NCBI GenBank assembly: GCA_934157235.1
Contig: CAKPHH010000001.1
Coordinates: 131,330-195,329, forward strand
From: an uncultured Bacilli bacterium
Lineage (GTDB): Bacteria > Bacillota_I > Bacilli_A > RF39 > UBA660
Direction of reading: 5' to 3'
DNA: 64,000 nucleotides
A model generated the notes under the pieces. It had not been told where the DNA came from. It saw nothing but the letters and a program-made list of their open reading frames with translations, and ran no database searches. This document shows positions 38,899 to 48,313 of this stretch, one piece after another; position 1 is the first letter of the stretch; each line of letters opens with the position of its first letter. The translations under genes were made by a program, and so were the position numbers.

Positions 38899-39819
38899 CT
38901 ACATAACCATTGTATGTAAAATTCTATCTGTATTTTTAAAATTAAGTTTAGCAATCTCTTTTAACTTATCTTTTCCATATTTTTCAACAACTTCTTCACC
39001 AATAGTATCAACATCCTTACCAGCTCCTTTTGGTAAAGGAATATGAATACTATCGCATAATTTATCAAACTCTTTTAAGAAAATATATCTACTAATAATT
39101 GAACCAGAGGCAACCGCCAAGTTTTTATCCTCAGCTTTTGTAATAAAAGTAATTCCTCTTTGAACATCGCCTACATCACGTAAATATTCATAATATCTTG
39201 CTTCTCTTGCAAATTCATCAACAATAATATAATCGACACTAGGCCTTTCTTCTTGCATTAATTGATATAAAACTTTATTATGCATAATTGCCTTAATCTT
39301 ATTCATATTAATGTCTTTAGCATACTTTTCATTATATTCTTTATTACTAAGGATAACACTACGATATTTAACTCTTTTTGCAATCTCTGGAGCAATCTTC
39401 AAAATCTTTGAATCATCTATCTTTTTAGAATCTCCAACACCTAAACTCTCTAAAAAAGGAATATCCTCTTTCTTTACGTAAGTAGCTGTAACAACAATTG
39501 GTCCAAAATAATCTCCTGTACCGACTTCATCTGATCCAACTGCGTTAGTATTATAATATTTAGCATCGGCCTTCTTAGCTTCTTCTTGCTTTTCCTTGGT
39601 ATTTTCTAAAGCAACTCCCCACATAGCTGCATCAACATCTGCACTTTTTCCTTGAAACATTACTTTACCAGACTCATACATCGTAATAACTGTATCTTCT
39701 TCCTCTGCTTGAAAAACAACATAAGGAATAATTTTATCTCTTTTCTTGTCTTTGTAATATTCAATCATCTTTTGTTTAATTTCATCATTTACTTTAATAA
39801 CTACGTTCATTGCTTCCAC
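38899..39819 (-). CDS. rnhC: Ribonuclease HIII
   Basis: N-terminal TBP-like domain. Catalytic DEVGTGDYFGPIVV. RNase H2-fold C-terminus. 306 aa. Confidence 0.88.
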   Translation of the reverse strand: MEAMNVVIKVNDEIKQKMIEYYKDKKRDKIIPYVVFQAEEEDTVITMYESGKVMFQGKSADVDAAMWGVALENTKEKQEEAKKADAKYYNTNAVGSDEVGTGDYFGPIVVTATYVKKEDIPFLESLGVGDSKKIDDSKILKIAPEIAKRVKYRSVILSNKEYNEKYAKDINMNKIKAIMHNKVLYQLMQEERPSVDYIIVDEFAREARYYEYLRDVGDVQRGITFITKAEDKNLAVASGSIISRYIFLKEFDKLCDSIHIPLPKGAGKDVDTIGEEVVEKYGKDKLKEIAKLNFKNTDRILHTMVM

Positions 39820-39884
39820 CTCTAAATTTATTATAGCATAATTATTAAAAATAGTTTATAATTAAGAATAGGAGAGTGATATAA

Positions 39885-40601
39885 ATGAATATATTTGACA
39901 TAGCTATAGTCTTATTTATTGCTATGTTTGCGATAGTTGGAGCTAAACATGGCCTAATTAAAGGGGTAGTATCTTTAGTTGGTATTATCCTAGTTTTCTT
40001 GATAGCTTTTTATTTAAAAGATCCATTTGGAAACTTTTTATGTAAATATCTTCCATTCTTTAACTTTACTGGTGAATTAGAAGGATTAGTATCTATAAAC
40101 ATCTTAATTTATCAATTAATAGCCTTCACCATTATAATAGCTGTATTACTATCAATATATGGATTACTAACAAGTATATCTGGTCTAATTCAAAAACTAG
40201 TAAACGCTACTATAATTTTAAAACTTCCATCAGCTATCGGTGGCTTTATAGTAGGTATTTTAGAAGGATATTTATTTGCCTTTTTAATTCTATTATTCTT
40301 GGTTTTACCATTTCAAAACTTTAAAATGTATACGGAAAGTTCTCTAGTAAACGCTATTGTCTATAAAACACCAATCTTATCAGATAGTAGTAGTAACGTT
40401 ACAAATTCCATTAAAGATATTTATACAGTATCTGATAAAGTAATAAATAAAAAAATAAGTACTAATCAAGCTAATCTAGAAATAATTGATATTATGATTA
40501 AATATGATATTACAACAGCTCATACTGTAGAACAATTAGTAATCCTAGACAAACTAAATGGTATTAAAGGCATAGATACAATTATTAATAAGTATAAGTA
40601 G
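39885..40601 (+). CDS. cvpA: CvpA-family membrane protein (colicin V production protein-like; YshB-like)
   Basis: Four TM helices starting MNIFDIAIVLFIAMFAIVGAKHGLIKG. Divergent from rnhC, as in Bacillus. Confidence 0.65.
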   Translation: MNIFDIAIVLFIAMFAIVGAKHGLIKGVVSLVGIILVFLIAFYLKDPFGNFLCKYLPFFNFTGELEGLVSINILIYQLIAFTIIIAVLLSIYGLLTSISGLIQKLVNATIILKLPSAIGGFIVGILEGYLFAFLILLFLVLPFQNFKMYTESSLVNAIVYKTPILSDSSSNVTNSIKDIYTVSDKVINKKISTNQANLEIIDIMIKYDITTAHTVEQLVILDKLNGIKGIDTIINKYK

Positions 40602-40613
40602 AAAGGATAAATT

Positions 40614-40913
40614 ATGATATTTTTAGAAAAAGAAACTGATTTTTTTGAACTAATAAAAAATGATCTTGTATTAGTAGACTTTTATGCTACTTGGTGTGGT
40701 CCATGTCGTATGATAAGTCCTATCATTGATGAAATTTCCAAGGAAAAAGAAGAACTAACTATAATAAAAGTAGATGTCGACAAATTTCCAAATCTTGCTA
40801 GTAAATATGGTATTATGTCAATTCCAACTTTAATGGTTTTTAAGAAAGGTCAAGATGTAAAAACTTCAGTTGGTTACTTAGAAAAGACAGGTATAGAAGA
40901 CTTATTAAAATAA
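40614..40913 (+). CDS. trxA: Thioredoxin
   Basis: WCGPC active site. 99 aa. Confidence 0.9.
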   Translation: MIFLEKETDFFELIKNDLVLVDFYATWCGPCRMISPIIDEISKEKEELTIIKVDVDKFPNLASKYGIMSIPTLMVFKKGQDVKTSVGYLEKTGIEDLLK

Positions 40914-40922
40914 GTCTTTTTC
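40896..40922 (+). terminator. Rho-independent terminator overlapping the trxA stop
   Basis: GAAGACTTA-ttaaaa-TAAGTCTTT hairpin followed by a T run. Confidence 0.6.
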
Positions 40923-41019
40923 TATGTAAAAAATCGTTAAAAATCAGAAAAAAACTTGTTATAAAACTAATAAATTGCTATACTAAAAGAGTCTGATGAC
41001 ATAGGAGGGAATATAGAAT

Positions 41020-43641
41020 ATGAAATATGTATATATGTTTACTGAAGGAAGTAAAGATATGCGTAATCTCTTAGGTGGTAAAGGTGCTAACTTAGCAGAA
41101 ATGACTAATATAGGCTTACCAGTTCCAAGAGGTTTTACAGTAACTACAGAGGCTTGTATAAAATACTACGAAGATGGTGAAAAGCTAAATTCCTCAATCA
41201 TAGAAGAAATTGAATCTAAAATAAAAGAACTAGAAGAGATAACAGGTAAAACAATGGGCAATGTTAAAAATCCATTATTAGTATCTGTAAGATCTGGTGC
41301 TAGAGCAAGTATGCCTGGTATGATGGATACAGTTTTAAATCTAGGATTAAACGATGCTGTTGCTGAAGGATTTAGTGAAGTAACAAATAACCCAAGATTC
41401 GTTTACGATTCTTATCGTCGTTTTATTCAAATGTTTGCTGATGTTGTTATGGGCTTCCCAAAATCATCATTTGAAAGACTTTTCGATAAAATTAAAGAAG
41501 AAAAGAATGTTGAATTCGATACAGAATTAACTGCTGATGATTTAAAAGAAGTAATTGAAATCTACAAAGGAGAATATAGGAAACATGCTAATGCTGATTT
41601 CCCACAAGATCCAAAAGAACAACTAATAGAAGCTATAAAAGCTGTATTTAGAAGTTGGAATAATGATAGAGCAATTACATACCGTCGTTTAAATGACATT
41701 CCTAGTGAATGGGGAACTGCTGTAAACGTTCAAGAAATGGTTTATGGTAATAAAGGTGAAACATCAGGAACAGGTGTTGCCTTCACAAGAAACCCAGCAA
41801 CTGGAGAAAATAAATTATATGGTGAATACTTAATGAATGCTCAAGGTGAAGACGTTGTAGCAGGAATTCGTACACCAAAAAGTATTGAAACATTAAAAGA
41901 AGTAATGCCAGAATGTTATGAAGAATTTAAGAAAATTTGTAAGATTCTAGAAGATCATTATCGTGACATGCAAGATATGGAATTTACTATTGAAGATGGT
42001 AAACTATTCATGTTACAAACTAGAAATGGTAAAAGAACTGCAAAGGCCGCTTTGAAAATTGCTGTTGACTTAGTAAATGAAGGTATGATTTCTAAAGAAG
42101 AAGCCTTATTAAAGATTGAGCCAAAACAATTAGATCAATTGCTACATCCTAACTTCGATGATGCTAGTCTAAAAGCTGCTAAAGTAATTGCTACTGGACT
42201 TGCTGCATCTCCTGGTGCTGCAACTGGTAAATTATGCTTTACTGCTGAAGATGTAATTAAAATGCATGAAGCCGGAGAAAAAGATCTTATCTTAGCAAGA
42301 CTTGAAACTTCGCCAGAAGATATCGAAGGTATGAACCTAGCTCATGGTATCTTAACTGTTCGTGGAGGTATGACTTCACACGCTGCCGTTGTAGCTCGTG
42401 GTATGGGTACTTGCTGCGTATCAGGCTGTGGTGATATCATCGTTGATGAAGAAAATAAAACTTTAAAATTAAAAGATGGTACAACATTCAAAGAAGGAGA
42501 CTATATCAGTCTTGATGGATCAACTGGTAATGTTTACGGAGAACAAATTAAAACAGTTGAACCAGAAATTTCAGGTAACTTTGAAACAATCATGGAATGG
42601 GCTGATGCCACTCGTAAATTAAAAATCAGAACAAATGCTGATACTCCAAGAGATGCTCTTCAAGCTAGAAAGTTCGGAGCTGAAGGAATTGGTCTATGCC
42701 GTACTGAGCATATGTTCTTTGAAGAAGAAAGAATCTTTAACTTCCGCCGTATGATTACCGCAACAACTGTGGAAGCACGTGAAGAAGCTCTAGAAAAAAT
42801 TCTTCCATATCAAAGAGATGACTTTGAAGGCTTATTTAGAGCTATGGACGGTTATACAGTAACAATTCGTTTCTTAGACCCACCTCTACATGAATTCTTA
42901 CCACATACAGATGAAGAAATTAAACCTTTAGCAGAAAGTCTAGGTATGACTTTTGAAGCTCTAAAGAATAGAGTTGAATCATTAAAAGAATTCAATCCGA
43001 TGATGGGACATCGTGGTTGCCGTCTAGCAATTACTTATCCAGAAATTGCTAAGATGCAAACAAGAGCTGTAATTGAAGCAGCAATTAATGTTCAGAATGA
43101 AGGAAAGACAGTTATTCCTGAAATCATGATTCCACTAGTTGGAACTGTAAAAGAATTAAAATATGTTAAAAATATTGTTGTAGAAACAGCAAAAGAAATT
43201 ATTAAGGAAAAAGGTGCTGACTTAAAATATGAGGTTGGTACTATGATTGAAATTCCAAGAGCTGCTCTAACAGCTGATGAAATAGCAGAAGAAGCTGAAT
43301 TCTTCAGTTTTGGTACAAATGACTTAACTCAAATGACATTTGGTTTCTCAAGAGATGATGCTACTAAATTCTTAGGAGATTATTACAAGAAGAAAATTCT
43401 TGAACAAGATCCATTCGCAACAATCGATCAAACTGGTGTTGGTAAATTAGTTGCTATGGCTGCTGAACTAGGTCGTAAAACTAGACCAAATATTCACTTA
43501 GGAATCTGTGGTGAACATGGTGGAGATCCAAAGAGTATTGATTTCTGTCATAGAGTAGGACTTGATTATGTATCTTGTTCACCATTCCGTGTACCAGTAG
43601 CAAGATTAGCTGCTGCTCAAGCTGCAATCAATAATAAATAA
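41020..43641 (+). CDS. ppdK: Pyruvate, phosphate dikinase
   Basis: 873 aa. Phospho-His domain GGMTSHAAVVARGMG. PEP-utilising C-terminus (CGEHGGDP). Upstream promoter TTGTTA-17-TATACT. Confidence 0.95.
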   Translation: MKYVYMFTEGSKDMRNLLGGKGANLAEMTNIGLPVPRGFTVTTEACIKYYEDGEKLNSSIIEEIESKIKELEEITGKTMGNVKNPLLVSVRSGARASMPGMMDTVLNLGLNDAVAEGFSEVTNNPRFVYDSYRRFIQMFADVVMGFPKSSFERLFDKIKEEKNVEFDTELTADDLKEVIEIYKGEYRKHANADFPQDPKEQLIEAIKAVFRSWNNDRAITYRRLNDIPSEWGTAVNVQEMVYGNKGETSGTGVAFTRNPATGENKLYGEYLMNAQGEDVVAGIRTPKSIETLKEVMPECYEEFKKICKILEDHYRDMQDMEFTIEDGKLFMLQTRNGKRTAKAALKIAVDLVNEGMISKEEALLKIEPKQLDQLLHPNFDDASLKAAKVIATGLAASPGAATGKLCFTAEDVIKMHEAGEKDLILARLETSPEDIEGMNLAHGILTVRGGMTSHAAVVARGMGTCCVSGCGDIIVDEENKTLKLKDGTTFKEGDYISLDGSTGNVYGEQIKTVEPEISGNFETIMEWADATRKLKIRTNADTPRDALQARKFGAEGIGLCRTEHMFFEEERIFNFRRMITATTVEAREEALEKILPYQRDDFEGLFRAMDGYTVTIRFLDPPLHEFLPHTDEEIKPLAESLGMTFEALKNRVESLKEFNPMMGHRGCRLAITYPEIAKMQTRAVIEAAINVQNEGKTVIPEIMIPLVGTVKELKYVKNIVVETAKEIIKEKGADLKYEVGTMIEIPRAALTADEIAEEAEFFSFGTNDLTQMTFGFSRDDATKFLGDYYKKKILEQDPFATIDQTGVGKLVAMAAELGRKTRPNIHLGICGEHGGDPKSIDFCHRVGLDYVSCSPFRVPVARLAAAQAAINNK

Positions 43642-43665
43642 TAGTTTAATAAAAATACAGAATAA

Positions 43666-43694
43666 CTCTATCAAATGATAGAGTTTTCTTTTTT
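43666..43694 (+). terminator. Rho-independent terminator after ppdK
   Basis: CTCTAT-caaatg-ATAGAG hairpin followed by TTTTCTTTTTT. Confidence 0.55.
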
Positions 43695-43820
43695 ATCAAT
43701 ATAAGTATATGTATACAAAACTTCTAGAGAGTATCTGTAAACAATAATGTCAAGCCTAGTTTAGGTCACTATGTTTTTACCAAAAAAGATGTTATACTAT
43801 AGTATGAAAGGATGATAAAA

Positions 43821-44327
43821 ATGAGTAGAGAAAATGATGTAATAAAAGATAAAGCGCATTATGATAGAATCTATGGTGGAGACAATCGTAGAGAAACAGA
43901 ACAAATATGGGAAAGAGAAAGAGCAGCAGCTAGAGTAAGAGATGAAAGAGATGAGTACGAAAGAAGAACAAGGGAGACTCAAAGAGAACATTCAGATCTA
44001 CTTAGAGGAATGTCGCCGGACGATCGAAGAAGATATGATGAAATGAGAAGAAGAGAAGAATTCTATAGAGGAATGGATTCGGAAAAAAGAGTATCAGCTT
44101 TAGGACGTGAAAGAGAAATTATTGATTATCAAAATCAGATGCAACAAAGACAAGATGCAAAAGCAAAAGAAAAAGCTGCTAGAGAATTGGCTTTCAAAAA
44201 AGCAAAAATGCGTTATAACTCTCTAAACCCACTAGTTAAAGTTTTCTCAAAAAATCCAGACAAAATAGATTATGGATCAATGAGTGCCGATAGAATTGAC
44301 TCTCTATATGGAGGTAAGAAAAGATGA
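43821..44327 (+). CDS. Highly charged R/E/D-rich protein of unknown function
   Basis: Start at MSRENDV after GAAAGGA. Runs of RE/RR/ER dipeptides (ERERAAARVRDERDEYERRTRETQREH). Locally GC-richer codons. Confidence 0.5.
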   Translation: MSRENDVIKDKAHYDRIYGGDNRRETEQIWERERAAARVRDERDEYERRTRETQREHSDLLRGMSPDDRRRYDEMRRREEFYRGMDSEKRVSALGREREIIDYQNQMQQRQDAKAKEKAARELAFKKAKMRYNSLNPLVKVFSKNPDKIDYGSMSADRIDSLYGGKKR

Positions 44328-44608
44328 TGGATGAACTTAACATCGCATTCAATGATTATATTGATGCCTACAAAGATTTAGATATAGCCGAAAAAAGAAA
44401 AGAAATGATAAATAATATTAAAGAAATGATTGCTATGATCGAACAAACGGCTACTGATGAAGGAATCGTATTAAACTACCTAAGAAGTAGAGAAATACTA
44501 GATTTAGACGAAGGTCGAGAAAGTGAAGACGATTACTTAGAAGCTCTACTTGTATACGTTGAAAACTTTAAAAATATCTTAGGACAATATCTAGATAAAA
44601 GAAAATAA
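44324..44608 (+). CDS. Small acidic protein (94 aa), translationally coupled to the preceding gene
   Basis: The start overlaps the upstream stop (GATGATGG). Acidic, helical. Confidence 0.5.
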   Translation: MMDELNIAFNDYIDAYKDLDIAEKRKEMINNIKEMIAMIEQTATDEGIVLNYLRSREILDLDEGRESEDDYLEALLVYVENFKNILGQYLDKRK

Positions 44609-44974
44609 ACTTACAAAAATTAATTTTAAACAAGTAAAAATAACTCAGGAGGTTAAAAATCTTGAGTTTTTAATTACTTTAAAAAGTATAAAAACAAACT
44701 TCTATTAAAAATAGCAAAAAAAACAAAAACACACAGTTGAGTATATGAATATATAAAAAACATAGTTTTATTTCAACTATATGTTTCAACATTCGAACAA
44801 AATGAAAGTAATAAGTCTTCCACTAAAAAGAAAAGTATGATACTATATAAAGAGAATGAAAATATAAAAGTCAAAGCAAAGTAAGAATATCAAAAACAAA
44901 AATAAATAAAACTTGTCAAGCTCATATAATCAACAGATATTGTAATAATGCCAAAAACTCGGAGGTAAGCAGTT

Positions 44975-47900
44975 ATGAAAGAAATTAATGCCATAGTAAA
45001 AAGGTTAAAATATCCAGTTGCTACAATTGTACTAGTAACTGCCTGTTATATCTGTTTAACTGCCAAGGAAACTTTTAGTGCGGATACAAAAAATTATACT
45101 AGGGATGAATTGCAAAAAATGGTCGTATCTGCTGCTATTAGCTACTACTACAACAATTACTATTCTGATTATGAAGAATATTTATTGGATTCAGATATTG
45201 TATATCCCTATATTGGGGGAAAAAACGATGTATCATCTGAAAATAAAAACAAATGCATTTTAGATTATCAAAATAAAACTGGATGTGTTTCGGCCGATAA
45301 TTACTACCCACTAATATCAACAACTTTTTACAGAAATCTAAAAATAACTCCAGAAGAAGTAAGCCGTTCTAATATGTATAACACTGATTGCACGGGTTTT
45401 ACTTATTTAGTATATAATAATGTCTTAGGTTATGATTTGTCAGAATTTTATGCAATGGCAACTTCTGCAAACGTTGTTAGAATTAATTCCAATGGTACAC
45501 CAGAAAAAACAAAAGCTGTAACATCAAAGAAGGATTATTTTGATACTGCTAATAAGTTTGGTAGGGCATGGAACAGCACTGGTAATTTAGGAAGGATCGC
45601 CAATTGTTTAGCAACTAACGCCGGAAACAGAAATGCCTGCATTTTTAGTGATGTCTTATCTTCTAATGATATGAAAAAATATGCTGCAGGTGGTACCAAC
45701 TTTAAAGAGGGTGTAATTTATACAGATCCAGATAATAAATCAGAGCTTATTTTTAATTATAATTTTACAAATCTTGACTACCAAAAAGAAACTAACTATA
45801 CAGCCTATAAAGTTGAGTGGGAGAAAATAGAAAAATATTTTAAAGCTGATAGCAGTGATTTTATAATGCAAGCAGGAGATATGTTACGACTTGCTTATAG
45901 ATCAAATGGGCATGTCATGGTTTACGTCGGTAAGGTTTTCAACTCAAATGACACCGGTCTTATTCACTCTACAGGAACAGATGGTAATAGCGATGATTTT
46001 GGTGTTAGATATGAGTCAAACATATATAATTATTTAAATGATAAAATGTCATACTTAAAGAATAATGGAGACAAAAATAGAATAATAAGTATATCGGTAT
46101 TTAGACCTATCAATAAATATTGTGATAAAACAATATGTACCAAAGAAAATATTGCTTCTAATATTACTCCTAATGATAAAGCACGAGTGACTTTTTCAGG
46201 CACTAGAGTTGAACAATACATTGCTAAAGATGGTAGAGGTATCAGTTCTTATAACTCTGTTGATATTGGTGATACTATCACTTATGGCCTAAGTCTAGAG
46301 GATAAAAGAAAATATGGTTATTGTTCAAATAGTTCAAAAGCAAAAAAAGACTGTGCTTGTACAGAAGAAAATCCAAATTGTGGATTAAAATGGGTTGAAA
46401 CTGGCAATTCCTATGATGAAGGACCATCAGGCAAGAAAAAATACACAATAAAATTCACTTCGCCAAAAGGAACAACATTAAAAGAATGTCCCAAAGCATT
46501 TAGCAAAACCACTAATTCAGACAATAGTGTATCATGTGTATATACTGGAACTGGTTGGAATTACCCACAGTTTAATGTTAATATTGATAGTTCAGCTCCT
46601 AGTAAAATAGAGCCAGGAAAATTTGAAGTTACATACAATGGTAGTACTTTAGAACTAAAAACAATTGAATTGAATGTTAATCGAACTATAAATTTTAATG
46701 ATATTAGTAATCTAAATGAAAAGATAAATGAATTCAAAAATAAAAATTACACTTATAGCACTAGCAACCAAATTAGTGATAAAAATAGTATGAACAAAGT
46801 AACCACATTTTCATCATTAGACTTCATTAAATATATTTATTGGAAAAACTTTAAAATTGATTTGACTAATTTAACAGGACAGAAAATTGTTGATTCTTTA
46901 TTTTATTCGTATTCCAAATCTTCTACTCAGAAATATAACACTAAAAATTACACATACAAATATAGTGCCTTTTTCAAGAAGAATGGAACTGATGATGCTA
47001 TCAGTAAAATGCTAGTAGATGGAATGTATGGCGGTAAAAAGCTAATCGGTAATGAAGATGGAAAAAGAATTAAGTATATCCACCATAGATACTTTGAAAT
47101 TGGTGATATTATTGTAGTATCAGATAAAATTAATGATAATTTTTCTCACAGTGGAGTTGGGAATTCTTTAAACTTCAGTTTAACTACAATAAATCCAAAT
47201 ACTGATTTTAAATATTATATGGTTACTGATTTTGATAAGAATGGTTACCCAACATTAATTAATTTCAGTGAAAATGGTGTTGAGTCTTGTGATAAAACTA
47301 TTAAAACATTTAGTGGCGAAGGAAATTATCTCATGAACAATGGTAAGAATTATTTGTGTAATTATAGGGTAATAAAACACTTATTATATTCATCAAACTT
47401 ATTTGCAGTACTTAGACCAAGTAAAGTATATAATGATGCTGAGTATGAAGTAGTTCTACATTATGATCAAAAACCAACAACAGAAGAAACTCCAAGAACA
47501 AACTTGAAATATAATACTAAATATCCAGTGCCAACAATATCTAAAACAGGATACGAGTTTGATGGATGGTACACTGAACTTTCTGTCAATGACAAAGGCG
47601 AGTATGTGTACAATAAAAAAGCAACTAAAGTTAATTTACACACCGATCATGAAGTATGGGCAAAGTTTTCTCCTATTGAATATAATCTTACCATCAAACC
47701 TAACGGTGGTACTTTCTCTGGTGCTACCTCTGTAAAAGTTGCCTATAAAAAAGAATATACTCTTCCAACTATTACTAGAGAAGGCTATACTTTCGTTAAA
47801 TGGCAAGTATCAGGTAAAGACAGTAGTATAAATGGAAACACACTAACAATGGGGAACGAAGATGCAACAGCAACGGCAGTTTGGAAAGAAAATGATCATC

Positions 47901-48313
47901 TAATATTTGATAGTTCTCTATCAGTAGACAAAAATAATAAGATAATCTATCACATTAAAGCGAGCTCTTTAATGAGTGACATATTAAATAAGACTTCCAC
48001 AAATGGCACAGTCGTTTTATATGATAACAAAAACAATATTATTAAAGAAAATCATCTAGTAGCAACCGGTTACATTATGTCATTTAAATTTGTAAGCCAA
48101 ACTATTAATTATAAAGTTGCTGTAAAAGGAGATGTAACAGGGGATGGTTATGTTAAAGTTAATGATGTTATGAAGATTGCTAACTATTTACTGGAAAATA
48201 AAGGATTAACTGGTGAGTACCTTATAGCTGCAGATATAAATAGTGATAATAAAGTAAAAATGAATGACTTGATGAAGTTAGCAACTACTATGATAAATGG
48301 AGGAAATTTATGA
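44975..48313 (+). CDS. Secreted multidomain protein: signal peptide, NlpC/P60-like papain-fold domain, a second Cys-to-Ser degenerate copy, two Listeria-Bacteroides (Flg_new-like) repeats, C-terminal type-I dockerin
   Basis: Signal peptide MKEINAIVKRLKYPVATIVLVTACYICLTA. NTDCTGFTYLVY plus GHVMVYVGK...IHSTG form a Cys/His/His triad. Later copy FSSLDFIKYIY...GDIIVV...SHSGV has Ser for Cys. GYEFDGWYTE and GYTFVKWQVSG repeats. C-terminus GDVTGDGYVKVNDVMKIANYLLE and ADINSDNKVKMNDLMKLATTMI are two dockerin Ca-binding repeats. Confidence 0.75.
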   Translation: MKEINAIVKRLKYPVATIVLVTACYICLTAKETFSADTKNYTRDELQKMVVSAAISYYYNNYYSDYEEYLLDSDIVYPYIGGKNDVSSENKNKCILDYQNKTGCVSADNYYPLISTTFYRNLKITPEEVSRSNMYNTDCTGFTYLVYNNVLGYDLSEFYAMATSANVVRINSNGTPEKTKAVTSKKDYFDTANKFGRAWNSTGNLGRIANCLATNAGNRNACIFSDVLSSNDMKKYAAGGTNFKEGVIYTDPDNKSELIFNYNFTNLDYQKETNYTAYKVEWEKIEKYFKADSSDFIMQAGDMLRLAYRSNGHVMVYVGKVFNSNDTGLIHSTGTDGNSDDFGVRYESNIYNYLNDKMSYLKNNGDKNRIISISVFRPINKYCDKTICTKENIASNITPNDKARVTFSGTRVEQYIAKDGRGISSYNSVDIGDTITYGLSLEDKRKYGYCSNSSKAKKDCACTEENPNCGLKWVETGNSYDEGPSGKKKYTIKFTSPKGTTLKECPKAFSKTTNSDNSVSCVYTGTGWNYPQFNVNIDSSAPSKIEPGKFEVTYNGSTLELKTIELNVNRTINFNDISNLNEKINEFKNKNYTYSTSNQISDKNSMNKVTTFSSLDFIKYIYWKNFKIDLTNLTGQKIVDSLFYSYSKSSTQKYNTKNYTYKYSAFFKKNGTDDAISKMLVDGMYGGKKLIGNEDGKRIKYIHHRYFEIGDIIVVSDKINDNFSHSGVGNSLNFSLTTINPNTDFKYYMVTDFDKNGYPTLINFSENGVESCDKTIKTFSGEGNYLMNNGKNYLCNYRVIKHLLYSSNLFAVLRPSKVYNDAEYEVVLHYDQKPTTEETPRTNLKYNTKYPVPTISKTGYEFDGWYTELSVNDKGEYVYNKKATKVNLHTDHEVWAKFSPIEYNLTIKPNGGTFSGATSVKVAYKKEYTLPTITREGYTFVKWQVSGKDSSINGNTLTMGNEDATATAVWKENDHLIFDSSLSVDKNNKIIYHIKASSLMSDILNKTSTNGTVVLYDNKNNIIKENHLVATGYIMSFKFVSQTINYKVAVKGDVTGDGYVKVNDVMKIANYLLENKGLTGEYLIAADINSDNKVKMNDLMKLATTMINGGNL

